Below the pieces are notes generated by a model that was given only the letters and a program-made list of their open reading frames with translations, ran no database searches and had not been told where the DNA came from. This document shows, in pieces, positions 38,774 through 50,198 of a stretch of 64,000 nucleotides of DNA (positions within the stretch are counted from its first letter, which is position 1; each line of letters opens with the position of its first letter). The DNA comes from an uncultured bacterium. GTDB lineage: Bacteria; Krumholzibacteriota; Krumholzibacteriia; LZORAL124-64-63. Made by a program: the position numbers and the translations under genes. The stretch lies in the NCBI GenBank assembly GCA_963727525.1, contig CAVSGO010000007.1:160001-224000 (forward strand), written 5' to 3'.

Positions 38774-39895
38774 ATGATCGTAAGTTCGCCCGCCTACCCG
38801 CGTCCGCGTCGCCGGGCCCTCCTGATCCTCGGCGCGCTCCTGGTCACCGGCGCGCTTCTGGCCAGCCATCAGCCGGCGCTGGCTGCCGATACGCCCGCGG
38901 CGGACGATCCGCTGGCGACCGTCGCCACGCGCTTGCAGCAGGCTTCGCGTCTGGGCGCCAGGGGTGATCTGCCCGGCTCCTACCGGACGCTCGAGAAGAA
39001 GCTGGACGATGCGCGCAGGAACGGCGCGTCCGCCCAGCAGATCGTGGACATGGAACTGGATGGCCGGCGCCTCGTCAACCAGGCCGCCTTCGTGCAGCAG
39101 GTCCGCGATTCTCGCAGCCCTCTGGAGACGATGACTCTGCGCTTCGACAGCGCGTTGCGCGAGATCGCGTCGGTGGAGGGTGTCGACCTCGACTCTGGCC
39201 TGGCCGGAAGCGAGGCCGCCGATCGCCTGCTCGAACTGCTCACGCGACAGTCCCGGGCGCGCCAGGTCCTCATCGATTCCCTGCGCGTGGAGGTGGGCAA
39301 GCTGAGCGAGCGGGCGTATGGCCATGGAGCGGCCAATGACTCGCTCATCACCTCGCTGCAGGTGGAGAACAGCGACCTGCGGCGCCGGCTCTGGGAAACC
39401 GAGCTACGCGCCGGCGTGGCCGAGGCCGATCGCTCGGCCGCGGAGTCGGCGCTCACCAGGCGGCAGCAGCGCGAAGCGGCCGTGAAGGACATCCGCAAGG
39501 ACCTGGGCGACCAGGCCGGCGATGTGCTCATGACGCCCGATGGCGCGATCATTCTCCAGGTGCACGGCCTGGATTTCGGTGTCGGCAGCTCACAGCTGCG
39601 GTCGGGGCAGGAGGCACTGGTCGGCAAGCTCGTGGATGCGATCAAGCGCTTCCCCGACACATCGATCCGCGTGGAGGGCCACACCGACGACACCGGCAAT
39701 CGCGCGGCCAATCTCGCGCTGAGCGAGAAGCGCGCCGCCACCGTCGCCTCGTTGCTGGCGAAGAAGCTGGGCGTGGCTCCGGACACGATCCCGACCAAGG
39801 GTTACGGGCCCGACCGTCCCGTGGCCCCGAACAGCACGCCCGAGGGGCGGGCGCGCAACCGGCGCATCGACGTCGTGATCACGCCGCAGGAGTGA
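38774..39895 (+). CDS. OmpA-family peptidoglycan-binding protein with N-terminal coiled coil
   Basis: Signal/TM segment; C-terminal VEGHTD..N.ALSEKRA..GYG...PVA.N.T.EGRA.NRRID. Confidence 0.88.
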   Translation: MIVSSPAYPRPRRRALLILGALLVTGALLASHQPALAADTPAADDPLATVATRLQQASRLGARGDLPGSYRTLEKKLDDARRNGASAQQIVDMELDGRRLVNQAAFVQQVRDSRSPLETMTLRFDSALREIASVEGVDLDSGLAGSEAADRLLELLTRQSRARQVLIDSLRVEVGKLSERAYGHGAANDSLITSLQVENSDLRRRLWETELRAGVAEADRSAAESALTRRQQREAAVKDIRKDLGDQAGDVLMTPDGAIILQVHGLDFGVGSSQLRSGQEALVGKLVDAIKRFPDTSIRVEGHTDDTGNRAANLALSEKRAATVASLLAKKLGVAPDTIPTKGYGPDRPVAPNSTPEGRARNRRIDVVITPQE

Positions 39896-39921
39896 TCGCG
39901 TCGGCTCCAATTCATCGAGGA

Positions 39922-40494
39922 TCAGATCTCCTTGAGGATGCTTGCCACCTGCTTGAACTCGGCCGTGCGTGCCTTGCGAAGGATCTCGAAGAGCACCATC
40001 TCCACGCTCATGATCTGCACGCCGACGTCGCGCATGCGTTGCAGGCCGATCTTGCGGTTGAACGCCTGACGGCTGCTCACGGCATCGGCGGCCACGGCCA
40101 CCTGCAGCCCGCGCTCGCGCAGGTCGCGCGCCGTCTGGTAGATGCAGACGTGGGTCTCGATGCCGCAGAGCACGATCTGGTCGCGCCCCGTGTCCGCCAG
40201 GGCCGTGTTGAAGCCCGCATCGCCGGCGCAGGAGAAGGAGATCTTCTCCAGCGGCGCGAAGTCGTCGAAGAGGTCGCGCAGTTCGGGCACGGTGGCGCCG
40301 AGCCCGTCGGAATAGTGCTCCGTGACTAGGATGGGCAGGTCGAGTTGCTGGTGGAAGCGTACCAGCCGGCTGCACCCCTGGATCACGCCGGGCATGCCGT
40401 GGATCAGGTCGCGGAAGCGCGACTGGACATCGACGAGGACGAGGCAGACCCGCTCCTTGGCGAGGCGCGGTGGGACGGCGGTCGGGACGGTCAT
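39922..40494 (-). CDS. Isochorismatase family hydrolase
   Basis: Motifs LVLVDVQ, TEHY..GLGATV, EKISFSC, GIETHVCIYQTA and DAVSSR. Confidence 0.9.
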   Translation of the reverse strand: MTVPTAVPPRLAKERVCLVLVDVQSRFRDLIHGMPGVIQGCSRLVRFHQQLDLPILVTEHYSDGLGATVPELRDLFDDFAPLEKISFSCAGDAGFNTALADTGRDQIVLCGIETHVCIYQTARDLRERGLQVAVAADAVSSRQAFNRKIGLQRMRDVGVQIMSVEMVLFEILRKARTAEFKQVASILKEI

Positions 40495-40517
40495 CGGTAG
40501 CCTCCAGGTCGTTGCGG

Positions 40518-41747
40518 TCACTGCCGGCGCGGCGCCTCGTAGTGGCCGCAGGGGTCGACGGTCTCGGCATAGGCGCTGGACCAGCTGCGGCGGAAGAATG
40601 CGTCGGCCGCCTCGGTGCAGCCCTCGCCCTCGAGCACGAGGCTCAGGTTGCGCGACTCCTCGAAATAGTCGCGGGAACCGTTGCTCGTTCCCAGCCAGAG
40701 CCGCTGGCCGTCGGCCGTGACGTACTTGGCGTGCTCCACGCGCGCGAAAGGCACGAAGCCGCCGCTCCACTCCGGGATGTTCGTGAAGCGCACCTCGATA
40801 TGCGCCAGGACGGCGACGCTCTGGATAGGTGTGCACATATAGCTGCGCTTGGCCCAGTTGCTGAAGATGAGCTGTACCGTCACGCCACGGGCCGCGGCAC
40901 GGCGCAGCGCGTCGTCGAGCACAGGCCAGTAGCCGCCGCCACGCTCGGTGGGCGCGTAGGACAGCATCTGCAGACGCAGCGTGTCCTGCGCTGCGTCGAT
41001 CGTGGCTACGAGCAGCGGCAGGTCCCAGGGCACACCCGGGGGCAGGGCATGCGGCGGGTCGGCGGCCAGCACAGCGTTGCAGACGCGCCCGTCGGGCAGG
41101 CGCAGCCGGTGGACGGGGGCGAACTCGGGCTTGTCGCTCACGCCCTGGCGCACGGGCGGGGTTGTCTCGCCTCCGGCCAGCGCCCAATCGAGGTCGAAGA
41201 CTCGCGCCATGGCTGCAGCCATCGCGGGCTCGTCGACCAGAGCGCCGAACTCGTGGATGTGCATGAGCGCGCGCCAGTCCCAGTTCTGGCTGCCGACATA
41301 GAAGCGCGTGTCGTCGACGATCATGCCCTTCGCGTGCAGGATGCCGCCCCACAGCGCGCGCCCGTCGAGCAGGCGCGCCTCGATGTTCGGCGTGGCCGCG
41401 AGAAGGTCCTGGGTTTCGGGATACGTCTTGTAGAAGCCCTTGTCGCTCAGCGCGCGCACGTGCACGCCGCGCCTGGCGTCCGCGACCACGGCGTCGAGCA
41501 CGGGCGTGAGCGGTCCGCTCGCGTCGGGCGCCGGCGAGAAGTAAAACGTGACGATGTCGAGGCTCTGCTGCGCGCCACGCACGAGGTCGAGCCATACGTT
41601 GGGCGCGTTGGGCACCTGGGGCAGGTCGAGCGTGGTCTCCACCGGCACCGACTCCACGAAGGTGATGGTGCCAGTGGGGTCGTCGGCTGCGCCGGCGCTG
41701 GCGGTGGCGAGCGCGAGGAGCGCGATGCTCAAGATACGACGAATCAT
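40518..41747 (-). CDS. Exported phospholipase D superfamily protein, PLD3/PLD4-like
   Basis: Signal peptide and two HKD motifs, HAKGMIVD and HAKYVTAD. Confidence 0.88.
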   Translation of the reverse strand: MIRRILSIALLALATASAGAADDPTGTITFVESVPVETTLDLPQVPNAPNVWLDLVRGAQQSLDIVTFYFSPAPDASGPLTPVLDAVVADARRGVHVRALSDKGFYKTYPETQDLLAATPNIEARLLDGRALWGGILHAKGMIVDDTRFYVGSQNWDWRALMHIHEFGALVDEPAMAAAMARVFDLDWALAGGETTPPVRQGVSDKPEFAPVHRLRLPDGRVCNAVLAADPPHALPPGVPWDLPLLVATIDAAQDTLRLQMLSYAPTERGGGYWPVLDDALRRAAARGVTVQLIFSNWAKRSYMCTPIQSVAVLAHIEVRFTNIPEWSGGFVPFARVEHAKYVTADGQRLWLGTSNGSRDYFEESRNLSLVLEGEGCTEAADAFFRRSWSSAYAETVDPCGHYEAPRRQ

Positions 41748-44122
41748 CAGTGACTCTCACCCTTCGCGTGCGCCACGAGGTGCACCAGGGTCTTCATGCG
41801 GTGCGGGTAGGCCTCGGCGAAAGCGACGAGCCCGCGCGCGATGCCCTCGGGATCGAGGCCCATCTCCGCGTAGATCTCCGCCACCGTGCCGCCGGGACGC
41901 CAGCGGTTGTCGCGATCGCTGGTGAGCGCCCAGTCGTCCGCGAGGGGGCCGAGCGACCAGTCGGTCATGCAGCGACGCGCCATGTTAGCGACATAGGTGG
42001 AGTTGAGCCGGTCGGCCTTGGAGATCGTCCGGTCCTGGACCTCCTGCGGTTGCTGCGCGAAGAGATAGCAGCTCGGCACGGCGACGAACTTGAGGTTCAC
42101 GCCGGCCGCGTCGATTGCCGGCAGCGCGTCGATGAGGTTGGCCGTGGTCATCGTTCCCTGCACGAAGACGCAGCCCTGCTGCGGCAGCCCGGGTTTGTAG
42201 TCGCGCAACACATAGGCGCCGCGCGCAGCTCCGCGATACGAGCCCAGGCCGAGGGCCTCCCGGTCGGGGATGGTGACGGCGGGGCGGGTGAGGTGAAGCA
42301 CGATGATCGGCGGCTTCTGCTTCAGAGCCTCCGCGAGCATCACAGGCACCTCGTTGTACTCCCAGGGTACGAGGTCGACCACCTGGCCGTCGGGGAAGAG
42401 CTGCGTGACGCCGGGAGAGAACACGCCGAAGTGGGTGCGGCTGTCCTCGGCCGTCTCCGGGCCGCTGTGGCCGGCCACCCAGATGACCTTGCCCACCTGC
42501 AACTCGCAGTCCTGCGCGATCTGGCTGTAGAGGCGCATCATGCCGTACTTCAGGTAGCTGAACGAGGCATAGGTGGAGCAGGCGGTGTACCAGCCGTTGA
42601 AGTCGTGTTCGGGGTCGGCGCTCAGATTCACCGAGGCACAACCGGCCATGATGCCGGCGTTGGCGAACTCGGTGATGGCCTGAGGCAGGATCACGCCGTC
42701 GGGGTTCTGCGCGCGGTCGAACCAGCCGGTGTTGGTCAGTTCCTCGCTGTAGTCCTTGCCGAAGCCGGCAATGTTCGTGGACCCGGCGAGGTCGGCGGAG
42801 CAGACGAGAAACAGTGGTCGGCCGTACTTCTTCAGACACGTGCTGTTGATCCAGCTTCCCCACCGTGCGAAGCCGGCGCGGTTGGGCTGCTTCGTGCCGG
42901 GGGCGGCCCAGAGGTCGGCGGGGTAGCGCTGTGGATCGACGAGGTCGGCGTCGTGCACCGGATTGCGCGAACCCGGCATCACGAACGTGGGCACCTCGCG
43001 CGGGATGCTGCCGGCGATTTCCAGAAGGCGGTCGGCGAGGTAGGTGAGCGTGGCCTCGTGGTCGCGCAGCACGTCGAGAGCCGTGTTCAGATGGGCCGCC
43101 AGCCGCTCGCGGCGCGCGCCCGTGGTCGCCGGCGCCGGCTCGCCGGTTCCCTGCCAGGTGACGCCGTACTTCTTGGCGAAGTCGCGGCGGCACTCCCAGA
43201 ACCTGTCGCTGTGGTACTTGTGCGCTTCGCCGTGGCTCTTCTCGTCGTACGTATGGTAGCCGCGGCCCTTGCGCGTGCGGCCGAACATCATGCCCGGCTG
43301 CAGCGGCGGATTGTCGCCGACGAGGTTCTGCAACGCACCGATGACGTCTGCCCAGTCACTGCCATCGTGCGCCTCGTGCACGTGCCAGCCGTAGGGCGCG
43401 AACCAGTCGCGCGGCGTCCCGTGCACCACCGCAGAGAACGGACGCGGGTCGATGCCGAAATCATTCCAATCGAGGATGACACCTAGGTTGTCCAGACCCA
43501 GCCCATACGCGCTGTTCTTCGACTCGTGCCAGCAGCCGGCGGTGTGGCCGCCCTCGCCTTCCATGGCGAAGACCCGCACGCCGCCCAGGCCGGCGTGCTT
43601 GAGCGCGAGGGCCTGGCCCACGGCGGCCGGCGCCCCGTGGCCGCTGGGACCTGTGTTCCACTTGGCGAGCAATGTCTTGCCCTCCATCTCGATGTGGCCG
43701 GACGGGCCGCCGAGATGGCGCAGATCGAGCAGATCGTGCCAGGTGAGCACGCGCTCGGGCCCGCCGGGTACGATGTAGCGGTCGTCGCCGGTGCGTTCGT
43801 GCGCCACCCGCAGCGCCTCGTGGAAGACGCTGAGCACGGCGTACACGAGGGGCGCGCAATGTCCCGCCACGAGCACGAAGCGGTCGGCGAACCGGTGTTC
43901 CGGATGGCGGATGTCCCAGCGCATCGCGCCCGAGAGCAGGAGGCTGATGAGCATGTGAGCCTTCGAACGGCTCCCGCCGGGATGGCCGCTCTGGCGAGCG
44001 TCGAGCATGAGATCGATGTGCTGGTCGACGACGTCCTTGATGATCTCCCAGTGTCCGAGATGGGGGGCGAGGTCGGTACGCGGACGCACGATATCGCGGG
44101 TCGGCCTGGCTAGGTCGGGCAC
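41747..44122 (-). CDS. Transketolase-family ThDP enzyme (long, divergent)
   Basis: Motifs SGHPGGS, DRFVL.AGH, GH.E..NTGP.GHG, T.KG.G..HG, SADLAGS and HSGPETAEDSRTH. GTG start after AAGGAG. Confidence 0.85.
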   Translation of the reverse strand: MPDLARPTRDIVRPRTDLAPHLGHWEIIKDVVDQHIDLMLDARQSGHPGGSRSKAHMLISLLLSGAMRWDIRHPEHRFADRFVLVAGHCAPLVYAVLSVFHEALRVAHERTGDDRYIVPGGPERVLTWHDLLDLRHLGGPSGHIEMEGKTLLAKWNTGPSGHGAPAAVGQALALKHAGLGGVRVFAMEGEGGHTAGCWHESKNSAYGLGLDNLGVILDWNDFGIDPRPFSAVVHGTPRDWFAPYGWHVHEAHDGSDWADVIGALQNLVGDNPPLQPGMMFGRTRKGRGYHTYDEKSHGEAHKYHSDRFWECRRDFAKKYGVTWQGTGEPAPATTGARRERLAAHLNTALDVLRDHEATLTYLADRLLEIAGSIPREVPTFVMPGSRNPVHDADLVDPQRYPADLWAAPGTKQPNRAGFARWGSWINSTCLKKYGRPLFLVCSADLAGSTNIAGFGKDYSEELTNTGWFDRAQNPDGVILPQAITEFANAGIMAGCASVNLSADPEHDFNGWYTACSTYASFSYLKYGMMRLYSQIAQDCELQVGKVIWVAGHSGPETAEDSRTHFGVFSPGVTQLFPDGQVVDLVPWEYNEVPVMLAEALKQKPPIIVLHLTRPAVTIPDREALGLGSYRGAARGAYVLRDYKPGLPQQGCVFVQGTMTTANLIDALPAIDAAGVNLKFVAVPSCYLFAQQPQEVQDRTISKADRLNSTYVANMARRCMTDWSLGPLADDWALTSDRDNRWRPGGTVAEIYAEMGLDPEGIARGLVAFAEAYPHRMKTLVHLVAHAKGESH

Positions 44123-44226
44123 GGGCGGCTCCTTTTGCGGGCAGCGCGATGGTGTGCCAGGTCCCGGCCGGCTCGGCGGGATGGCGCAGCGGGTTGGGGG
44201 TAATGTCGCCTATCAGGGACCGTGTT

Positions 44227-44814
44227 TCAAGAATCCAACGCCCGACCCAGGTGGAAGACCTGCAGCACCGCCGCGGCGGCGCGGGCGTCGGAGATCGCGC
44301 GGTGGCTCGGGAAGCGGTCGGCAAGGCCCATCTTGGCGATGATCTCGGGCAAGCCGATGCCTGAGGTGCGGTGCCCGTTCTGCGCCAGCCAGACCATGCC
44401 CACGGCACGCAGATCGAAGGCTCCTCCGGCGATGTGCTCGCGGAACGGCAGCGCGTGGCGCTCGCATTCCAGACGTAGCAGCGGGATGTCGTAGTACGCG
44501 CCGAAGGCCGCGATCACGGCCTTGTTGCGCGGCCCGTACCATTCCAGGAACCGCGTACCCACAACCGCGAAGGCGGCGGCGCCGGCGACCATGGCCGGCG
44601 TGATGCCGGTGATGTCGGTGATGAACGGGGGAATCGCGAAGTCCGCGGGGCGCACGAGTTCGCTGAACTCGGCCGTGACCTCGAGGCTGCGACGGTCGAG
44701 CCGCACGGCACCGATCTCGATGATGTTGCTGCGTTCAACGGCGTTGTTCCCCTCGTCCTCGGCGGGGCAGGTGGCCTCGAGATCGATGACGACGATGTCC
44801 GTGGAGTAGCGCAT
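44227..44814 (-). CDS. DEDDh 3'-5' exonuclease (ERI1/KapD-like)
   Basis: Motifs VIDLEATC, IIEIGAV, TGIT, YDI and HRAISDA. Confidence 0.88.
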   Translation of the reverse strand: MRYSTDIVVIDLEATCPAEDEGNNAVERSNIIEIGAVRLDRRSLEVTAEFSELVRPADFAIPPFITDITGITPAMVAGAAAFAVVGTRFLEWYGPRNKAVIAAFGAYYDIPLLRLECERHALPFREHIAGGAFDLRAVGMVWLAQNGHRTSGIGLPEIIAKMGLADRFPSHRAISDARAAAAVLQVFHLGRALDS

Positions 44815-44991
44815 GGGCGGGCAGCCTCGGTTGTCGGAGTGAAGCCGGGACGGTACCACGGGGCTTCGCGATGCCGCAACTCCTGCGGTGGTCCCAATTT
44901 AGGCCGCCCCGGCCAATTTTAATCTATTGGTCGTTAATTTGTGCTATGATCATTGCAGGCTGGCAAGGACGCCGAAACGGGGAGGGACTCG

Positions 44992-45195
44992 ATGAACACC
45001 TGGCTGCGCTTCCTGGCTTTCGTCCTGTATTTCTTCGCCTTTGCCGCCCTGCTGGGTACCGTGATCCTAGCGGCGGCAGCGCTACGCCAGCCGCTCCTGC
45101 TCATCGCGGTGCCGGTGCTGGCGCACGGGTCATACGCCATTTACCGGCGCTCTTGCCGCGCGCTGGCACCGCAAGGCGGCGCGACGCGATCGTGA
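44992..45195 (+). CDS. Small two-TM membrane protein (67 aa)
   Basis: GGAGG RBS, ATG at 44992, hydrophobic sequence, and an upstream TGcTATGAT extended -10. Confidence 0.55.
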   Translation: MNTWLRFLAFVLYFFAFAALLGTVILAAAALRQPLLLIAVPVLAHGSYAIYRRSCRALAPQGGATRS

Positions 45196-45199
45196 CGAT

Positions 45200-45328
45200 C
45201 TAGTCGACCTTGACGATTTCCGGCTTGTTGAGCTCGGCGATGACGAGCGTCGCCAGCGAGCCGGCGATGAGCACCATGATGAAGAGGACGATCCAGATCC
45301 AGGGGCGTGCTGCCAGCCAGGCTCGCAT
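45200..45328 (-). CDS. 42-aa single-TM protein, possible minimal CcoH/FixH
   Basis: Manual translation MRAWLAARPWIWIVLFIMVLIAGSLATLVIAELNKPEIVKVD with a GGAGG RBS; it directly follows ccoG. Confidence 0.6.
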   Translation of the reverse strand: MRAWLAARPWIWIVLFIMVLIAGSLATLVIAELNKPEIVKVD

Positions 45329-45349
45329 GGGCACCTCCGCCACCAGCGG

Positions 45350-46741
45350 TCACGGTCCGCGGAAGCGAACCGGGATCAGCTGCGCCTTACCGGTCGCCGA
45401 ATCGGCGACCGTGATGTGGAAATCCTGCGGTCCCGCGTAGGCTCCGCGCGGGATGCTCACGAACATGGGGACCCGCTGATCGCCCAGCGGGCCGATGCGC
45501 ACTTTCGCCTGCGGAATGATGAACGACACGCTGTCGCCCAGCGTGCTCGCATCGTCCGCCGGGGTGATGGTGAACGTGTGCGGGGCGTCGCTCTTGTTCT
45601 GCAGGTGCAGGTTGTAGAGGTTGCGGATCGCGCCGTCCTCGATCGAGTAGGGTAGACCGGCGGGCCGCAGCATGTTCACCTGGAAGAACGAGCGGCTGCC
45701 GGCCTTCCACGCGAAGACGCCGAGGCCGGCGAGGCCCACGAGCACGTAGATGATCAGGCGCGCCCGTAGCAGCAAGCGCTTGCCGCCCGCGAATCCGCGC
45801 TCGCTGTCGTAGCGCACCAGGCCGCGCGGTTTGCCGATCTTCGCCATCACGTTGTCGCAGGCGTCGACGCAGTTTGCGCAACCGATGCACTCCATCTGCA
45901 GGCCGTTGCGGATGTCGATGCCGGTGGGGCAGACTTCGACGCAGCGATTGCAATCGATGCAATCGCCGCCCTTGTCCACGCCCTTGTGCCGCGGTTCGCC
46001 GCGCTTCTCGTCGTAGCCGATGACGATGGTGTCCGGGTCGATGAGCGTCGACTGCAGGCGCCCATACGGGCAGATGATGAGGCACGTCTGCTCGCGGAAC
46101 CACGCATAGTCGAAGTACAGTACCGCGGTCCACACCATGCCCCAGACGAAGGCGCCCAGGTGGACCCGGGGCGAACCCGTAACGACGTGGGCCAGCTCCT
46201 TGGCCGGCATGAAGTAGGCAATGAAGGCGTGCGCGAAGAGCCAGCAGAGCCCAAGGAACACGCCGTGCTTGAGGATCTTGCGCCACGCCTTGTCCGGCGA
46301 CCAGGGGCCGAGGTCGCGGCGGATGCGCGCCAGACGCGGTCCCTCGATCCAGCGTTCGATGCGCCGGAACACGCCCTCCATGAATACCGTCTGGGGGCAG
46401 GCAAAGCCACACCACACACGGCCCCACAGCGATGTCACCATGAACAGCGTCAGCCCGAAGCCGACGAGCAGGAAGAACATCAGGGGAAAATCCTGGTTCG
46501 TGAACGCCGTGCCGAAGATGTGCGCGGTGCGGCCGGGGATGTCGAAGAGTACGGCAGGATTGCCGCCGATCTCGATCCACGGCAAGACGAGGTAGACCGC
46601 CAGCAAGATCGTCCAGATGAAATTCTTGCGCACCTGCCAGCGGCCGTGCACGTCGGCCGGGTGCAGGAAGTTGCGCGATCCATCGGCATTGATGGTGTAG
46701 ACGGAATCCAGGTCGGGACGGCGCTTGTCCTTCATGGTCAT
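45350..46741 (-). CDS. ccoG: cbb3 oxidase accessory protein CcoG/FixG
   Basis: Motifs GRVWCGFACPQTVF, REQTC.IICPYGR.Q, CIDCNRCV.VCP.GIDIR.GLQ.ECIGCA.C.DAC and a C-terminal Ig-like domain. Confidence 0.93.
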   Translation of the reverse strand: MTMKDKRRPDLDSVYTINADGSRNFLHPADVHGRWQVRKNFIWTILLAVYLVLPWIEIGGNPAVLFDIPGRTAHIFGTAFTNQDFPLMFFLLVGFGLTLFMVTSLWGRVWCGFACPQTVFMEGVFRRIERWIEGPRLARIRRDLGPWSPDKAWRKILKHGVFLGLCWLFAHAFIAYFMPAKELAHVVTGSPRVHLGAFVWGMVWTAVLYFDYAWFREQTCLIICPYGRLQSTLIDPDTIVIGYDEKRGEPRHKGVDKGGDCIDCNRCVEVCPTGIDIRNGLQMECIGCANCVDACDNVMAKIGKPRGLVRYDSERGFAGGKRLLLRARLIIYVLVGLAGLGVFAWKAGSRSFFQVNMLRPAGLPYSIEDGAIRNLYNLHLQNKSDAPHTFTITPADDASTLGDSVSFIIPQAKVRIGPLGDQRVPMFVSIPRGAYAGPQDFHITVADSATGKAQLIPVRFRGP

Positions 46742-47397
46742 GAACCCGTCGTCGAGCTTGCCGAATCGCCCGTGGCAGTCGCCGTGCTGTCGCTCGCGGC
46801 GGGGCTCGCCGCCGTGACGCTCGCCGGCTCGCCCTGCGGCGCCTTGCCCGGCACGTCGGTATTGCGCAGCGTCAGGACGTAGGCCACCACCGTCTGCACG
46901 CGCTTCGGTCCGAGCTGGTTGCCCCAGGCGGCCATGCCCTTCGCAGGCACGCCCTCGGTGACGACCTTGTAGTTGTCCATGGGCTGGCTGCCGTGAAGCC
47001 AGAAGTTGTCGGTGAGGTTGGGCCCCACCATGCCCTGCCCCTTGTCGCCGTGGCACACGACGCAGTACTGCACGAAGATCTGCCGGCCCTCGGCGACCGT
47101 GGCGGGAATCGTCGACATCAAGGTGAGCGACTCGTTGGTCACCCCGCCGGCGGCCATCCGCTCGAGCTGCGCCTGGGCCGCGGCCACCATCTCCTTCTGG
47201 AACCGTTCCCGCGGCAGATCGCGCACATGGAGCGTGTGGAAGACGATCCAGTAAGCCAGAGCGAAGACGATCGACCCGTAGAGAATCCAGAGCCACCAGT
47301 TGGGCAGCTTGTTGTCGTACTCCTGGATGCCGTCGAACTCGTGGGCACGCAGGGCGTCGACCGGTTCGTTCGCCTGGTCTTGGCGGTCGTTGCTCAT
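46738..47397 (-). CDS. ccoP: cbb3 oxidase subunit III (monoheme CcoP)
   Basis: Motifs HEFDGIQEYDNKLPNWW, a single CVVCH, and GPNLTD..GM.AW. Confidence 0.9.
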   Translation of the reverse strand: MSNDRQDQANEPVDALRAHEFDGIQEYDNKLPNWWLWILYGSIVFALAYWIVFHTLHVRDLPRERFQKEMVAAAQAQLERMAAGGVTNESLTLMSTIPATVAEGRQIFVQYCVVCHGDKGQGMVGPNLTDNFWLHGSQPMDNYKVVTEGVPAKGMAAWGNQLGPKRVQTVVAYVLTLRNTDVPGKAPQGEPASVTAASPAASDSTATATGDSASSTTGS

Positions 47398-47599
47398 CGG
47401 GTCGTCCCTTTCTCGTAGTCGTCGCCGGAGGCGTGACCTTCGTCCAGTGGCAGGGCCGCGAGATGGTGGCGTTTGCGGTCGTCGCGCAAGCCGAAGATGA
47501 CGTAGAACAGCACGCCCGCGAAGGCGGCCAGGAAGATGACCAGCCCGACCAGCGGCCACACGAGCAGTGGCGAGCGGGCGTGGAAGAACTCCTGGAACA

Positions 47600-47600
<1 letters not shown>
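47394..47600 (-). CDS. ccoQ: cbb3 oxidase subunit CcoQ
   Basis: 68 aa, single TM, LPLD motif; overlaps both ccoNO and ccoP. Confidence 0.75.
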
Positions 47601-49985
<2,385 letters not shown>

Positions 49986-49999
<14 letters not shown>

Positions 50000-50198
50000 G
50001 AGTGGACTCTTCCTCCTCGGTGGTGTGTTCCGAAGCGGCCTTCTCAGGCGCCGGGCGCCCATCGTCGTCGAGCAAGGGCAACAGGGACAGCCGATCGCCG
50101 TGGTCGAAGTCGCCGCCCCGCAGGCGCGTCATGAAGAACGCGAGGGCGGCCGCGACCAGGATCAGGCTGATGAACACGAGTACGATCACGACATCCAT
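49986..50198 (-). CDS. ccoS: cbb3 oxidase maturation protein CcoS
   Basis: MDVVIVLVFISLILV...GGDFDH...L.DD, located between ccoI and ccoN. Confidence 0.8.

Noticed and set aside
44145-44160. sigma54 promoter upstream of transketolase (CTGGCAC on the minus strand)
   Set aside because: The -12 GC is out of register by one base and there is no TTGC.
39922-44814. Anti-phage defence island (PLD nuclease plus exonuclease)
   Set aside because: The PLD has a signal peptide, the neighbours are metabolic genes, and there are no helicase, ATPase or methylase partners.
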